Source of the DNA: an uncultured Bacilli bacterium
GTDB taxonomy: Bacteria; Bacillota_I; Bacilli_A; RF39; UBA660
Direction: 5' to 3'
Length of the DNA stretch: 44,990 nucleotides
Assembly: GCA_944363795.1 (NCBI GenBank)
Contig: CALVVG010000003.1
Location: 1-44,990, forward strand
Shown here piece by piece: positions 31,172 through 42,349 of this stretch (within the stretch, counting starts at the first letter, position 1; each line of letters starts with the position of its first letter). Below the pieces are notes generated by a model. The model searched no databases, had not been told where the DNA came from, and saw only the letters and a program-made list of their open reading frames with translations. The position numbers were made by a program, and so were the translations under genes.

Positions 31172-31849
31172 ATGGAAATTTTAAAAGTTGAAAATTTGTC
31201 AAAAATTTATGGTAAAGGTGAAAATACCATTAAAGCCGTAGATAATATTTCTTTTAGTGTGGAAAAAGGTGACTTTGTAGCCATTGTTGGAGCTTCAGGT
31301 TCTGGAAAATCGACACTTTTACATTTACTGGGAGGAGTAGATCGCCCTACAAAAGGAAAAGTATTTATTGATGGTGTAGATATTTATGCTATGGATAATG
31401 ATGCTTTAGCGATTTTTAGAAGAAGGCAAGTTGGGTTAATTTACCAATTTTATAATTTAATTCCGATACTTGATGTTGAAGAAAATATTACCTTACCAGC
31501 ACGACTAGATGGTCAAAATGTTGATAAAAAATATTTAAATGATTTATTAGATACTTTAGGTTTGGCAAATAGAAAAAAGCATTTACCAAACGAATTATCC
31601 GGAGGGCAACAACAAAGAGTATCAATTGGAAGAGCTATCATTAACAATCCAGCTTTAGTATTAGCGGATGAACCTACTGGAAATTTAGATTCTAAAGCTA
31701 GTGATGAAATAGTTTCTTTATTGAAAAAATCAAATGAAAAATATAATCAAACAATTATTGTTATAACTCATGATTTAGAAATTGCATCAAGCGCCAAACG
31801 AATAATTACAATTGAAGATGGCAAAATTGTTAATGATGTTAGGAATTAA
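31172..31849 (+). CDS. ABC exporter ATP-binding protein (MacB/LolD/SalX-like)
   Basis: GASGSGKS, LSGGQQQRV, LADEPTGNLD, ITHD. Confidence 0.95.
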   Translation: MEILKVENLSKIYGKGENTIKAVDNISFSVEKGDFVAIVGASGSGKSTLLHLLGGVDRPTKGKVFIDGVDIYAMDNDALAIFRRRQVGLIYQFYNLIPILDVEENITLPARLDGQNVDKKYLNDLLDTLGLANRKKHLPNELSGGQQQRVSIGRAIINNPALVLADEPTGNLDSKASDEIVSLLKKSNEKYNQTIIVITHDLEIASSAKRIITIEDGKIVNDVRN

Positions 31850-31851
31850 TT

Positions 31852-34413
31852 ATGAATATATTAAATAAGTTAACAATAAAAAATTTAAAACTTAATAAAA
31901 AAAGAACAATAGTAACAATAATTGGTATTATTTTATCTACTGCATTAATTTGTGCAGTTGCTGGAATGGTTAGTAGTTTACAAGCAACTTTAGTAGAAAA
32001 TGCTAAAGTTGAGTATGGGAATAGACATATTACAATTGAAGAAGTTTCTAAAGATAATTTAAAGTATTTTAAAAAGAATAAAAATATTGAAAATATATAT
32101 ATTACACAAAATATTGGTTATGCTTTAATTGAAAATAATCAATATGAATATCAACCGTATTATTATATTGTTGGTTATAGCAAAGAGGCTTTTGAAAATA
32201 CTACTTTAAATTTGATTAAAGGAAGATTACCTAAAAATGCTTCTGAAATAGTAATTCAAGAAAATATGCTTGATACAACAGGTATAAATATTAATATTGG
32301 TGATCGATTATCTTTAGATATTGGAGATCGTACTTGTTCTGATGGTTCAATTTTAAATCAAAATAATCCTTATTATGTTTATGATTCTGAATATAATCCA
32401 GTTGATGAATGTCATGAAACATTAGATTATAAATATACTAAAGAATATACTGTGGTAGGAATAATTGATAGATATCCATTTGAAAATTATGAATCACCAG
32501 GTTTTACTGCTATAACCTATATGGATAATTATACAAGTAATTCATATGATGTATCATTATTATTTAAAAATCCTAAATATTATGAAACCTATATTAATTC
32601 ATTAATCAATAGCAAAGATTTAAAAAATTATAATTATAATTTAAATGAAGATTTATTAAGGTGGCAAGGGGCTTCTTTAAGTGATAGTAATGAATCAATG
32701 ATATATGCAGTAGCTGGTGTTATAATAGCTATAATTATATTAACAAGTATATTTGTTATTCGAAATAGTTTTAATATTTCAGCATCTGAAAAAACTAAAC
32801 AATATGGAATGTTAGCTAGTATTGGGGCTACTAGTAAACAAATAAAGAAAAACGTTTTACATGAAGGATTTGTATTAGGTTTGATTGGTATTCCTTTAGG
32901 TATATTATCTGGAGTATTTGCTGATTTTGTTTTATGTCAAATTGTCAATTGGCTTATCGGTAATATTACTAATGATATTAATTTTGTATTTAGTGTTTCT
33001 TTTATAGCTATTTTATTAAGTATATTATTAGGTGTTATTACAATTTATTTTTCTGTAATTAGTGCTGCTAGGAAAGCCAGTAAAATATCACCAATCGAAG
33101 CAATTAGAAATAATAAAGAAATAAGGATAAATGCTAAAAAGTTAAAAACTCCAAAAATAATAGGTAAATTATTTGGCATTGGTGGTGAAATTGCTTATAA
33201 AAATTTAAAAAGAGCTCGTAAAAAGTATCGTACTACAGTTATTTCGTTAGTTGTGAGTATTTCAGTATTTATTGCTTTAGCTTCATTTATGAATTATGGA
33301 TTTTTAATAACTAATCAATATTATAAAGATATTCAATATAATATAAGTGTTAGTATTAATAATACTGATGAAAATAAAGATGAAGTAAAAAATATTTATA
33401 AAAAAATCAGTTTATTAAATGATGTTAATCAATATTCAATTCACCGTATGGCTTTACTAAAAATAGATTTTAAAAAATATATGAGTGATGAAGGATTTTT
33501 TCGTTATTATGGTTATAAGAAAAATGAGTATCCTCAAGAAGATTACATTTCTTATATAGAAATAAGGTCATTAGGAAATGAAGAATATAAAAGATATGTT
33601 GAATCAATTGGGGGTACAGTAGAACAATATGAAAATAGTGGTATACTAATTGATGATTTAGTTTATTATGTTGATGATAAATACAAAACTATAAATGCGT
33701 ATGATATAAAAAAATATAATACTTTTTCCGGTAATTTAGAAAATGATACAGCATTTGATTTACCCATTATTAAAAGAACTTCTAAGAGACCAATGGGACT
33801 AGAATCAATATATAATTCCAGTGGTATGATTATAGTATCAGATAAAATAATGGATAAAATATCTAATAATTATATAGAAATGTTTATTAATAGTGATAAT
33901 GTTGGTGCCTTAGAAAAAAATATTAATGAATTTTTAGAAAGTACAAATTATAAGTATAATTTAACTAATATTGAAGAAATGGTTAATGCCGAAAAATCAA
34001 TGTTAATTTTAGTTGCAATCTTCCTTTATGGATTTATAATAGTAATTAGTTTAATAGGTATTACTAATATATTTAATACTATTACTACTAATATTAATCT
34101 AAGAAGTAAAGAGTTTGCTATGTTAAAATCAATAGGAATGACTAAAAAAGAGTTTAATAAAATGATTAGATTAGAAAGTTTATTTTATGGAACAAAATCT
34201 TTAATTATTGGAATACCTTTAGGTTTGCTTGGATCATTTGCAATTTATAAAGCCTTTTTAGTCGGAAATGATATGGGATATATAATTCCTTGGCAAGCAA
34301 TAATTATTGCAATTATAGTAGTATTTATGCTTATAAGTTTAATAATGCATTTCTCTGTTAAAAAAATAAATAATCAAAATATTATAGAAACAATACGAAA
34401 TGATAATATTTAA
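31852..34413 (+). CDS. FtsX/MacB-family ABC permease
   Basis: Two FtsX-like TM blocks with large extracellular loops; KRTIVTIIGIILS, EFAMLKSIGMT. Confidence 0.92.
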   Translation: MNILNKLTIKNLKLNKKRTIVTIIGIILSTALICAVAGMVSSLQATLVENAKVEYGNRHITIEEVSKDNLKYFKKNKNIENIYITQNIGYALIENNQYEYQPYYYIVGYSKEAFENTTLNLIKGRLPKNASEIVIQENMLDTTGININIGDRLSLDIGDRTCSDGSILNQNNPYYVYDSEYNPVDECHETLDYKYTKEYTVVGIIDRYPFENYESPGFTAITYMDNYTSNSYDVSLLFKNPKYYETYINSLINSKDLKNYNYNLNEDLLRWQGASLSDSNESMIYAVAGVIIAIIILTSIFVIRNSFNISASEKTKQYGMLASIGATSKQIKKNVLHEGFVLGLIGIPLGILSGVFADFVLCQIVNWLIGNITNDINFVFSVSFIAILLSILLGVITIYFSVISAARKASKISPIEAIRNNKEIRINAKKLKTPKIIGKLFGIGGEIAYKNLKRARKKYRTTVISLVVSISVFIALASFMNYGFLITNQYYKDIQYNISVSINNTDENKDEVKNIYKKISLLNDVNQYSIHRMALLKIDFKKYMSDEGFFRYYGYKKNEYPQEDYISYIEIRSLGNEEYKRYVESIGGTVEQYENSGILIDDLVYYVDDKYKTINAYDIKKYNTFSGNLENDTAFDLPIIKRTSKRPMGLESIYNSSGMIIVSDKIMDKISNNYIEMFINSDNVGALEKNINEFLESTNYKYNLTNIEEMVNAEKSMLILVAIFLYGFIIVISLIGITNIFNTITTNINLRSKEFAMLKSIGMTKKEFNKMIRLESLFYGTKSLIIGIPLGLLGSFAIYKAFLVGNDMGYIIPWQAIIIAIIVVFMLISLIMHFSVKKINNQNIIETIRNDNI

Positions 34414-34440
34414 AAAATCATCTGAGGATGATTTTTTCTT
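34412..34440 (+). terminator. intrinsic (possibly bidirectional) terminator
   Basis: AAAAAATCATC-TGAG-GATGATTTTTT perfect hairpin. Confidence 0.8.
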
Positions 34441-34477
34441 GTATTTTTGTTAAAATATAGTATGAAAGGAACAAAAT

Positions 34478-35125
34478 ATGTATAAAATATTATTAATAGA
34501 AGATAATGAATATATCATCAAAGGAATTAAGTATTTATTAGAGATAAATAATTTTAATATTGTAGTAGCTAAAACATTAAAAGAAGCCAAAAATTTAATT
34601 AAAGAAAAATATGATTTAATAATATTAGATTTGATGCTTCCGGATGGAGATGGTTTAGTTTTTTATAATGACTTTTTACACAATTTACCAACTTTAGTAT
34701 TAACAGCCAAAGATGACGAAGATATAATTTCTTCATCTTTAGATAAGGGTGTAGAAGATTACATAATTAAACCTTTTCGTTCTAAAGAACTTTTATCTAG
34801 AATTAATAAAATAATTCATCGTAAACAAAGTAATGAAATAATAAAAGTTGATAATATAAAAGTCGATATAGATGCAAACAGAGTATTTGTAGAAGACAAA
34901 GAAATAAAACTAACTAGTTTAGAATATCGTATTTTATTATTACTATTTCAAAATTTAAATCGAATAGTAACTAGAGAAACAATTATAGATCGTATTTGGG
35001 ATATATCAGGTAATTTTGTGAATGACAATACTTTAACAGTTTACATAAAAAGAATAAGAAAAAAATTAAATAATGATAATATTATTAAAACAATAAAGGG
35101 AATTGGTTATAGGGTGGATAAATGA
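34478..35125 (+). CDS. OmpR-family response regulator
   Basis: IEDN, LDLMLPDGDG, KPF, winged helix TIKGIGY. Confidence 0.95.
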   Translation: MYKILLIEDNEYIIKGIKYLLEINNFNIVVAKTLKEAKNLIKEKYDLIILDLMLPDGDGLVFYNDFLHNLPTLVLTAKDDEDIISSSLDKGVEDYIIKPFRSKELLSRINKIIHRKQSNEIIKVDNIKVDIDANRVFVEDKEIKLTSLEYRILLLLFQNLNRIVTRETIIDRIWDISGNFVNDNTLTVYIKRIRKKLNNDNIIKTIKGIGYRVDK

Positions 35126-36318
35126 AAAAGTCAAAAATTATGTTTCTATTTATCACCGGCATTATATTTTTAGTAATATTTTTATTAAGTGTTTTTGAAT
35201 ATTTAAATTATGCAAAATTAACTAATAGTTTTGTGGTAAACATAGTTGAAAAAATAAATAATGATTATCCAAATATTGAAATATCAGAAATTGTAGATAT
35301 TATCAATTCTCCCAACTTGAAAAATAACAATTCTATTTTATATTCATATGGTTTTAGTGAAAATGACATTAATATAATTTCATCATTGCAAAGTAGTTTT
35401 TATAATAACTTAAAAATAAATTTTTTAGTATTTTTAATATTTTTATTAATAATAGTTATATATATTAGAATGTGTAAGTATAAAAATGCTAAAGAATTAA
35501 AATCCATTATTAATTATTTAAAAAAACTAAATAGTGGTAATTATGATTTACAAATAGATTTAAATAGTGAAGGATTATTGTCAATACTTAAAAACGAAAT
35601 ATATAAAACTACAATTATGTTAAGAGAAAAAGCCGAAAAAGAATTAAAAGATAAAATAAATTTAAAAGATTCGCTTACTAATATTTCGCATCAATTAAAA
35701 ACACCTTTAACTTCTATATCCTTATTAGTGGATAATTTAGATGATGAAAATATTGATTATAAATTACAAAAAGAGTTTTTAAATGATATTAAAATACAAA
35801 TAAAAAATATTAATTTTTTAATTATAATTTTACTAAAATTATCAAGGTTTGATGCTAATGTTGTAGTTTTTAAAAAGGAAATTATTAATGTAAAAAAGTT
35901 AATATTTGAAATATTAAAGTATATTGATGTAATAAGAGAAGTAAAAAATATTAATGTTCATGTAAGTGGTGCTAATGATATAACATTTATTGGGGATTAT
36001 AAGTGGGAATTTGAAGCTATTAGCAATATATTGAAAAATTCACTAGAATATACATCAGAAAATAAAAATATTTATATTAGTTTTAGTAAAAATAATCTTT
36101 ATACGGAAATTCTTATAAAAGATGAAGGTAAAGGAATGACTAATGAAGAAAAGAAAAAAATATTTGAACGATTTTATAAAGGACCTAATTCTACTACAAA
36201 TAACTTTGGCATTGGTATGTCTTTAGCTAAAGAAATTATAAATAAAGATAATGGAAAAATTAAAATAGAATCAGAAATAAATAAAGGAACAACTTTTAAA
36301 ATTCGTTATTATAAATAG
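35122..36318 (+). CDS. sensor histidine kinase
   Basis: Two TM, ISHQLKTPL H-box, N, D/G1, F and G2 boxes. Confidence 0.95.
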   Translation: MKKSKIMFLFITGIIFLVIFLLSVFEYLNYAKLTNSFVVNIVEKINNDYPNIEISEIVDIINSPNLKNNNSILYSYGFSENDINIISSLQSSFYNNLKINFLVFLIFLLIIVIYIRMCKYKNAKELKSIINYLKKLNSGNYDLQIDLNSEGLLSILKNEIYKTTIMLREKAEKELKDKINLKDSLTNISHQLKTPLTSISLLVDNLDDENIDYKLQKEFLNDIKIQIKNINFLIIILLKLSRFDANVVVFKKEIINVKKLIFEILKYIDVIREVKNINVHVSGANDITFIGDYKWEFEAISNILKNSLEYTSENKNIYISFSKNNLYTEILIKDEGKGMTNEEKKKIFERFYKGPNSTTNNFGIGMSLAKEIINKDNGKIKIESEINKGTTFKIRYYK

Positions 36319-36356
36319 TTTACTTATTTGTATTATTTCAGTATAATAAGCATGGA

Positions 36357-37283
36357 GTGACTAGTTTGAAAAAAAATAGCAAATTATATGAAAATATTAA
36401 AATAAAAAAAACTTCTTTGTTCATTGGAATAATGCTGTTAAGTATTAGCATATTTGTGGGAATAGTTGTAGTTTTATTAAATAAAGATAGGAAACCCAAA
36501 ACATTAAATAATGCACATAATGTTGGAGTTTATGTTACTGCTGATATCAAACTAGAATCTTCATTTGCCAACTCTAATAATGAAAATGATTATGAACTAT
36601 TTTACTTAATAAATATTAATGATTTTTATTATATTATTAAATCTAATCACAAATTGGATAATTCTAATTTAACTGTTTCTGGTATTACTGAAGAGATACC
36701 AAATACTATCAAACAATATGCTATAAATTATTTAAATAATATAGGTTTGGATGTAAATAGTAATAACTTTGCTAATTATGTAAATAATTATTTAATAAAT
36801 ATTAATTATGATATAAATGATAAAAATAAAACTGTGTTTTTATTTATGAGTATAGGTATAGTAATAAGTTTAATATTAATAATGCATTATATTTATAAAT
36901 ATATTAAAAGAACTAAATTTTTAAAAAAATATAGGAATGTTTTCGAGGAAATAGAAAATGAAAAAAGTTATTATTTTTTAGTAGGTAAGACATATTTAAC
37001 TACTAATTACTTAATAAGTGTAAATAAAAATATTAAAATTTATAATTTAAAAGATATAATTTGGGTATATCCTTTTGAAAGAAGATATAAAGGTAAAATT
37101 GTTTTGAAAAGTATATTTATAATGGATAATTCTGGAAATACTAATAATATAGCAATAATAAAGGATATGAAACATATAGATGATTTAGAAAATTTTTATG
37201 ATAAATTAATAGATAAAATTCCTAATGCATTATTTGGTTATACTAATATTAATAAAGAAAAAAGTAAAACATTAATACATTAA
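36357..37283 (+). CDS. hypothetical two-TM membrane protein
   Basis: 308 aa, two TM helices, DIIWVY and PNALFGY motifs. Confidence 0.7.
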   Translation: MTSLKKNSKLYENIKIKKTSLFIGIMLLSISIFVGIVVVLLNKDRKPKTLNNAHNVGVYVTADIKLESSFANSNNENDYELFYLININDFYYIIKSNHKLDNSNLTVSGITEEIPNTIKQYAINYLNNIGLDVNSNNFANYVNNYLININYDINDKNKTVFLFMSIGIVISLILIMHYIYKYIKRTKFLKKYRNVFEEIENEKSYYFLVGKTYLTTNYLISVNKNIKIYNLKDIIWVYPFERRYKGKIVLKSIFIMDNSGNTNNIAIIKDMKHIDDLENFYDKLIDKIPNALFGYTNINKEKSKTLIH

Positions 37284-37312
37284 TTAGTTTTAAATTTTAA
37301 CTAGATTGTGAG

Positions 37313-38032
37313 ATGATAATAATGATTGAATTAAAAAATGTATCTTTTACACGTGATAATAAAAAAATTATAGATAATATTAATTTACAATTGGATGACA
37401 AAAAGTTTTATTGCCTTACAGGACCTAATGGTAGTGGTAAATCAACATTAGCTAAATTGATTGTGGGAATTGAAAAACCTGATTCTGGAAATATTTATTT
37501 AAATGGTATTGATATTACAAATAAAACTATTGATGAAAGAGCTAATATGGGAATTGGTTTTGCTTTTCAACAACCGGTACGATTTAAAGGAATAACGGTT
37601 TTTGATTTATTAAAGTTTGCAGTTAATAAAAATATAAGTCGTCATGATGCTTGCAATTATTTATCTAAAGTTGGATTGTGTGCTTTAGAATATGTTGATC
37701 GTGAGGTAAATAATTCGTTATCTGGGGGAGAATTAAAGAGAATAGAAATTGCCACAGTTATAGCCCGTAATCCTAGTGTTGCAATATTTGATGAACCAGA
37801 AGCTGGAATTGATTTATGGAGTTTTCAAAATTTAAATAATGTATTTAAAAAATTAGATTCAATAAATAAAGGAGTTACTTTAGTTATTTCTCATCAAGAA
37901 AAAATATTAGAAATAGCTGATGAAATAATTCTTTTAGAAAAAGGGAAAGTTACAAAGATTGGAAAAAAAGATAGTATTTTAAATACGTTATTTCCTAATT
38001 CTAAATGTTGTCAAAAGGTGAAATATGAATAA
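37313..38032 (+). CDS. sufC: SufC/SmsC-like Fe-S assembly ATPase
   Basis: GPNGSGKS, AFQQP, LSGGELKRIE, DEPEAGID; adjacent to SufBD gene. Confidence 0.8.
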   Translation: MIIMIELKNVSFTRDNKKIIDNINLQLDDKKFYCLTGPNGSGKSTLAKLIVGIEKPDSGNIYLNGIDITNKTIDERANMGIGFAFQQPVRFKGITVFDLLKFAVNKNISRHDACNYLSKVGLCALEYVDREVNNSLSGGELKRIEIATVIARNPSVAIFDEPEAGIDLWSFQNLNNVFKKLDSINKGVTLVISHQEKILEIADEIILLEKGKVTKIGKKDSILNTLFPNSKCCQKVKYE

Positions 38033-38942
38033 AGTAGATGAATTATTATTAGAAGAAATTGTTGGTAAAGATTTAAAAAAAGCTGATGCTTTAAATATTC
38101 GTAAAAATGGAGAGAGTATTGAAAGAAAAGTTTCTCCTTTTATCAATATAGTACCCAAAAAAGATAAAAATGGAATTGATGTATTTGTTAAAGATGATGT
38201 TAAATTTGGTATTATTCATATTCCAGTTATAATTACTGAAAGTGGATTAACTGATATTGTTTATAATGATTTTTATATTGGTAAAAATTCTAACGTAATT
38301 ATTATGGCTGGATGTGGAATTCATAATGATTTACATAAGGATTCAGAACATGATGGAATACATCGTTTCTTTTTAAGTGAAAATTCTAAAGTTCAATATG
38401 TTGAAAAACATTATGGGGAAGGTTTAGGTAGTGGTAAAAGAATTTTAAATCCTACTACTGAAGTATATATGAAATCAGGATCTCTTATGAAAATGGATAC
38501 TTTACAAATTAAGGGTGTTGATGATACTATTAGAATAACTAAAGCAGAACTGGCAGAAAATACAACTTTAGTTGTTAATGAAAAGATATTAACTAATAAA
38601 GCTCAAAAAGCTTATACAAAATTTATTGTTGAATTAAATGGTGAAAATTCTAGTGTGAATTTAACTAGTAGATCAGTTGCAACGGAAGATTCCTATCAAG
38701 AATTTAAATCTGATATTATTGGAAATACTAAGTGTTATGCTCATGTAGAATGTGATGGTATTTTAAAGGATAAAGGATGTATTAAAGCTATTCCACAAAT
38801 ATATGCCAAAAATATCGATGCTAATTTAATTCATGAAGCTGCAATTGGAAAAATTGCTGGAGAGCAATTGCTTAAATTAATGTCTTTAGGATTAAGTGAA
38901 AAAAAAGCCGAAGAAGCTATTATTCAGGGCTTTTTAAAATAG
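38025..38942 (+). CDS. SufB/SufD-family (SmsB-like) Fe-S scaffold
   Basis: Beta-helix-like repeats; [22 protein letters not shown]. Confidence 0.88.
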   Translation: MNKVDELLLEEIVGKDLKKADALNIRKNGESIERKVSPFINIVPKKDKNGIDVFVKDDVKFGIIHIPVIITESGLTDIVYNDFYIGKNSNVIIMAGCGIHNDLHKDSEHDGIHRFFLSENSKVQYVEKHYGEGLGSGKRILNPTTEVYMKSGSLMKMDTLQIKGVDDTIRITKAELAENTTLVVNEKILTNKAQKAYTKFIVELNGENSSVNLTSRSVATEDSYQEFKSDIIGNTKCYAHVECDGILKDKGCIKAIPQIYAKNIDANLIHEAAIGKIAGEQLLKLMSLGLSEKKAEEAIIQGFLK

Positions 38943-38949
38943 GGGATAT

Positions 38950-39633
38950 ATGCAAAAATTAATATTAATAAGACATGGAGAAAGTATTTGGAATTTAGAA
39001 AATAAGTTTACAGGTTGGACTGATGTTCCTCTTTCAGAAAATGGTATTCAAGAAGCTATTGAAGCTGGTAAAAAATTAAAAAAATTACATTTTACTTTTG
39101 ATATAGCTTTTACATCTTATTTAAAACGAGCTAAAGAAACTCTTAATCTGATTTTAAACGAATTGAATTTAGATATTCCTATATTTTATAGTTATAAATT
39201 AAACGAACGACATTATGGTGCCCTACAAGGATTAAATAAAGAAGAAACAAAAGTAAAGTATGGGGAAAAACAAGTTATACTTTGGCGAAGAAGTGCTAAC
39301 GTAAGACCTCCAGCATTAACTACAGATGATTTAAGATATCCAGGTAATGATCCTATGTATAAAAATATTCCCAAAGAATTTTTACCATTAACGGAAAATT
39401 TATTGGATACAGAAAAAAGAGTAGTTGATTATTATGAAAATGTAATTATACCAGAATTAAAAAAAGAAAAAAGAGTAATTATTGTAGCACATGGTAATAG
39501 CTTAAGGGGATTAATTAAATATCTTGATAAATTAAATGATAATGAAATTATGAACTTAGAAATACCAACTGGAATACCAATTTGTTACGAATTAGATAAT
39601 AATTTAAATCCTATTAAACATTATTATTTATAG
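38950..39633 (+). CDS. gpmA: 2,3-bisphosphoglycerate-dependent phosphoglycerate mutase
   Basis: [34 protein letters not shown]. Confidence 0.97.
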   Translation: MQKLILIRHGESIWNLENKFTGWTDVPLSENGIQEAIEAGKKLKKLHFTFDIAFTSYLKRAKETLNLILNELNLDIPIFYSYKLNERHYGALQGLNKEETKVKYGEKQVILWRRSANVRPPALTTDDLRYPGNDPMYKNIPKEFLPLTENLLDTEKRVVDYYENVIIPELKKEKRVIIVAHGNSLRGLIKYLDKLNDNEIMNLEIPTGIPICYELDNNLNPIKHYYL

Positions 39634-39688
39634 TCGTTAATAAACAATCCTTATATTTTTAGCATAAGATAATATAAGGAGGAGGCTT

Positions 39689-40177
39689 ATGAATTCCAAT
39701 TTTTATAATAATTATAATTCTTTTGATAATTATAAAGTTTTTAATTATCGAAGTGATAAAAAAATATTTAATAGTGAAGAACTAATTACATTAAATCAAG
39801 CAATTGATTTAATAAAAAAATCTATTACAGATGAAAAAGAAGATGAATTATTTTATGATTTATTAATTACTCAAGCACCATCAGAAAAAGAAAAAAATAT
39901 TATTAAAAGTATTAGAGATGATGAAAGAAAGCATAATATTATTTTAAGGGAATTGTTTTATGAAATTACTGGCCAAACATTATCACAAGATATAATGAAT
40001 GCAGAATTTAATTACAATAAAAATTATAAAGAAAATTTAGAAAAAGCTTTATTTGGGGAGATAGATGCAGTAGCAAAATATCGAAAAATAATGAGTGCAA
40101 TGCCAAATGGTGATAGTTATAATTTATTAATGGCTATATTGACTGATGAATTACGTCATGCTGATAAATATAAATAA
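39689..40177 (+). CDS. ferritin-like/rubrerythrin-fold protein (sporulation-type), possibly C-terminally clipped
   Basis: DE...DERKH...GE...DELRH di-iron ligand pattern; AGGAGGAGG RBS. Confidence 0.8.
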   Translation: MNSNFYNNYNSFDNYKVFNYRSDKKIFNSEELITLNQAIDLIKKSITDEKEDELFYDLLITQAPSEKEKNIIKSIRDDERKHNIILRELFYEITGQTLSQDIMNAEFNYNKNYKENLEKALFGEIDAVAKYRKIMSAMPNGDSYNLLMAILTDELRHADKYK

Positions 40178-41129
40178 AAAAATAGAGCTTGATAACGAGA
40201 TAATAGAAATAATTTATATGGGAATATCTCAAAATGATAATATCAATTTTAAAAAAATAGAAAAATTAATAGATGGTTTTATAGATAAAATAAAAACTAA
40301 TGATATGATAAATAATATAGCAATTTTAAGAACAATTTTAAGAGAATATCAAGAAAAAACACTAGTTATTTTTTATCAAAATGATACTACATCTGAATTA
40401 GTAAAATATGATAACTTAAACTTATTACTATATGAAAGAAATCAAAAAAATAAATATTTTGATAAATATAAAATTAAATATGCACCAATATATGGTATTA
40501 AATTAAATTATAATAATCAGGATAAGGATATTAGTGATTATTTACGAATAGAACTTGTATCTAAGGAAATATCTGAATTGATTAAAAAAATTTTTTATTT
40601 ACAAAATATTCATACATTGGATTTAACATATAATGATAAATTATTAATAGAAGTTTATAAATTGTTTTATGAAGAAAATCCAGATTTTGCGAGTCATGAT
40701 ATAAATATAAAAATACAAACAATGATATCTATTTTAGGCGAATTCGGAATTACTTTGCCAGAAAATTATTCTTTTAATTTATTTAAAAACAATCTAATGC
40801 CATTATCAATTAATTTGGAACAACAAGTTAATAAATTATATCCATTCGGAGAAATAGTAAATGCAGAATATGAAAAATATTTAGATGCTGAATCGAAAAG
40901 GATAATACAAATTGTAGGCAAATATATTAGAAATAATGTTTATTATGAAAAAAATCCATTAAAACTATTGATAAATTTAAGTAAAGTAATATATGCAGAA
41001 AAATATTGTTTTTCAAATTTTGATTTTAATACAATATCAAGATTTACAAATGTTTCAATAAATGAAATAGAGTCAAATTTGAAATTAGTAAAAAATATAG
41101 AAAGGCAGATTCTTTATTCAAGCAATTAA
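40146..41129 (+). CDS. hypothetical protein (start uncertain)
   Basis: 327-aa open frame overlapping previous gene by 32 nt; no clear RBS or motif. Confidence 0.5.
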   Translation: MNYVMLININKKIELDNEIIEIIYMGISQNDNINFKKIEKLIDGFIDKIKTNDMINNIAILRTILREYQEKTLVIFYQNDTTSELVKYDNLNLLLYERNQKNKYFDKYKIKYAPIYGIKLNYNNQDKDISDYLRIELVSKEISELIKKIFYLQNIHTLDLTYNDKLLIEVYKLFYEENPDFASHDINIKIQTMISILGEFGITLPENYSFNLFKNNLMPLSINLEQQVNKLYPFGEIVNAEYEKYLDAESKRIIQIVGKYIRNNVYYEKNPLKLLINLSKVIYAEKYCFSNFDFNTISRFTNVSINEIESNLKLVKNIERQILYSSN

Positions 41130-41145
41130 ACATAAGGAGATTTAA

Positions 41146-41915
41146 ATGAAAGTATTGTTATTTACACATAAAAGCGATATTGATGGTATGGGAAGTGTTA
41201 TTTTAGCAAAATTAGCTTTTAAAGAAGTTAATTATATATAATGTGAAATGTCTAATTTGAAAAGTCAGATTTTAAAAGCTTATGAAAATGGTAGTATTTA
41301 TAATTATGATTTAATATTTGTTACAGATTTATTTTTAGATGATTCTATTTTAAATAAGATAACTAATAATTTACAATTATTTAATAAATTTTTTATTTTT
41401 GATCATCATGAATCAGCACAAAATTAGGATACTTCCAAATATCCTTTTATTACTTTAAAAATTGCAAATAAAAAAGGATTATGTTGTGGGACTAGCCTTT
41501 TTTATGAGTATTTAATTATTAAAAAGTATTTAGATAGTAAAAATGGAGCTATTAAACAATTTGTTGAACTAACCAGAAAATAAGAATAAAACAAAGTAAA
41601 AGATAAAAATTTAAATTATGCACAAAACATATATTATTGTAATTTTATGAATTTGGAAGTTGGTGTTGTATTTATCGATTATGAATATCGCAATGATTTA
41701 ACACAATTTTTAAGGGAAAATCATTATAATATGGATTTTATTATGTTAATAGCTATAGATAATGGAACAATTTCTTTAGTATTAAAAAAAATATTAATGT
41801 AAGATTAGTGGCTGAAGCAATGGGTGGTGGAGGACATGACGAGGCTGCTAGTAGTATTATAATTAAGCAACATATAAAAAAGATAATTGATATTATTATA
41901 AAAAAGTTTAATTAA
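41146..41915 (+). pseudogene. decayed DHH/DHHA1 phosphoesterase (NrnB-like oligoribonuclease)
   Basis: AAGGAG RBS; THKSDIDG, VTD, FDHH and GGGGH motifs; in-frame stops at 41239, 41425 and 41581 plus a later frameshift. Confidence 0.88.
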
Positions 41916-42096
41916 TTTATCGTTTGTTGAAACTTGGTAATATCTAAAATATTAAATAGTGTTGTACTTATATTTATACTTATGTTAATTGCAATAGTTG
42001 CTATATGAAAAAAATAAGCGGTAGTTAAAATGGTTTATTACTAATTTCGTTTACTTAGTATTAAAGTATAGTAAGATTAATAGGATGTGTAATTAG

Positions 42097-42240
42097 TTAT
42101 TCGGTTGGCTCTATACTCTGTAAAATAGTATGTAGAAGAACTTTAAGTTTTCTTTTTTTAGTTTTATAAGTGTAATTTTTAATAAGTTCTATTATTTTTG
42201 AATTGGGTTTAAATTCTTCTATAACTTTAAATTCAAGCAT
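42097..42240 (-). CDS. small basic 47-aa protein not in the ORF track
   Basis: AGAAAGGAGGT RBS directly upstream of ATG 42240; MLEFKVIEEFKPNSKIIELIKNYTYKTKKRKLKVLLHTILQSIEPTE. Confidence 0.5.
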   Translation of the reverse strand: MLEFKVIEEFKPNSKIIELIKNYTYKTKKRKLKVLLHTILQSIEPTE

Positions 42241-42290
42241 AAAAATGACCTCCTTTCTAGGAAGATAACATTAAAGTTTAATATTTATAT

Positions 42291-42328
42291 AAAATAAAAA
42301 CTTACAAACTTTTTATAGTTCGTAAGTT
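42291..42328 (-). terminator. intrinsic terminator on - strand beside left att-like site
   Basis: On - strand: AACTTACGAACT-6 nt-AGTTTGTAAGTT followed by U-rich tract. Confidence 0.6.
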
Positions 42329-42336
42329 GTATTCAA

Positions 42337-42349
42337 ATGGAGCGATAAC
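42337..42349. repeat. att-like direct repeat, left copy
   Basis: ATGGAGCGATAAC; 12/13 identical to 44771-44783; flanked by TTCG (42319) and CGAA (42362). Confidence 0.6.

Noticed and set aside
41146-41915. Stop-codon recoding of the DHH gene
   Set aside because: Interruptions are mixed TAA/TAG plus a frameshift, and neighbouring genes use code 11 normally, so this is decay.
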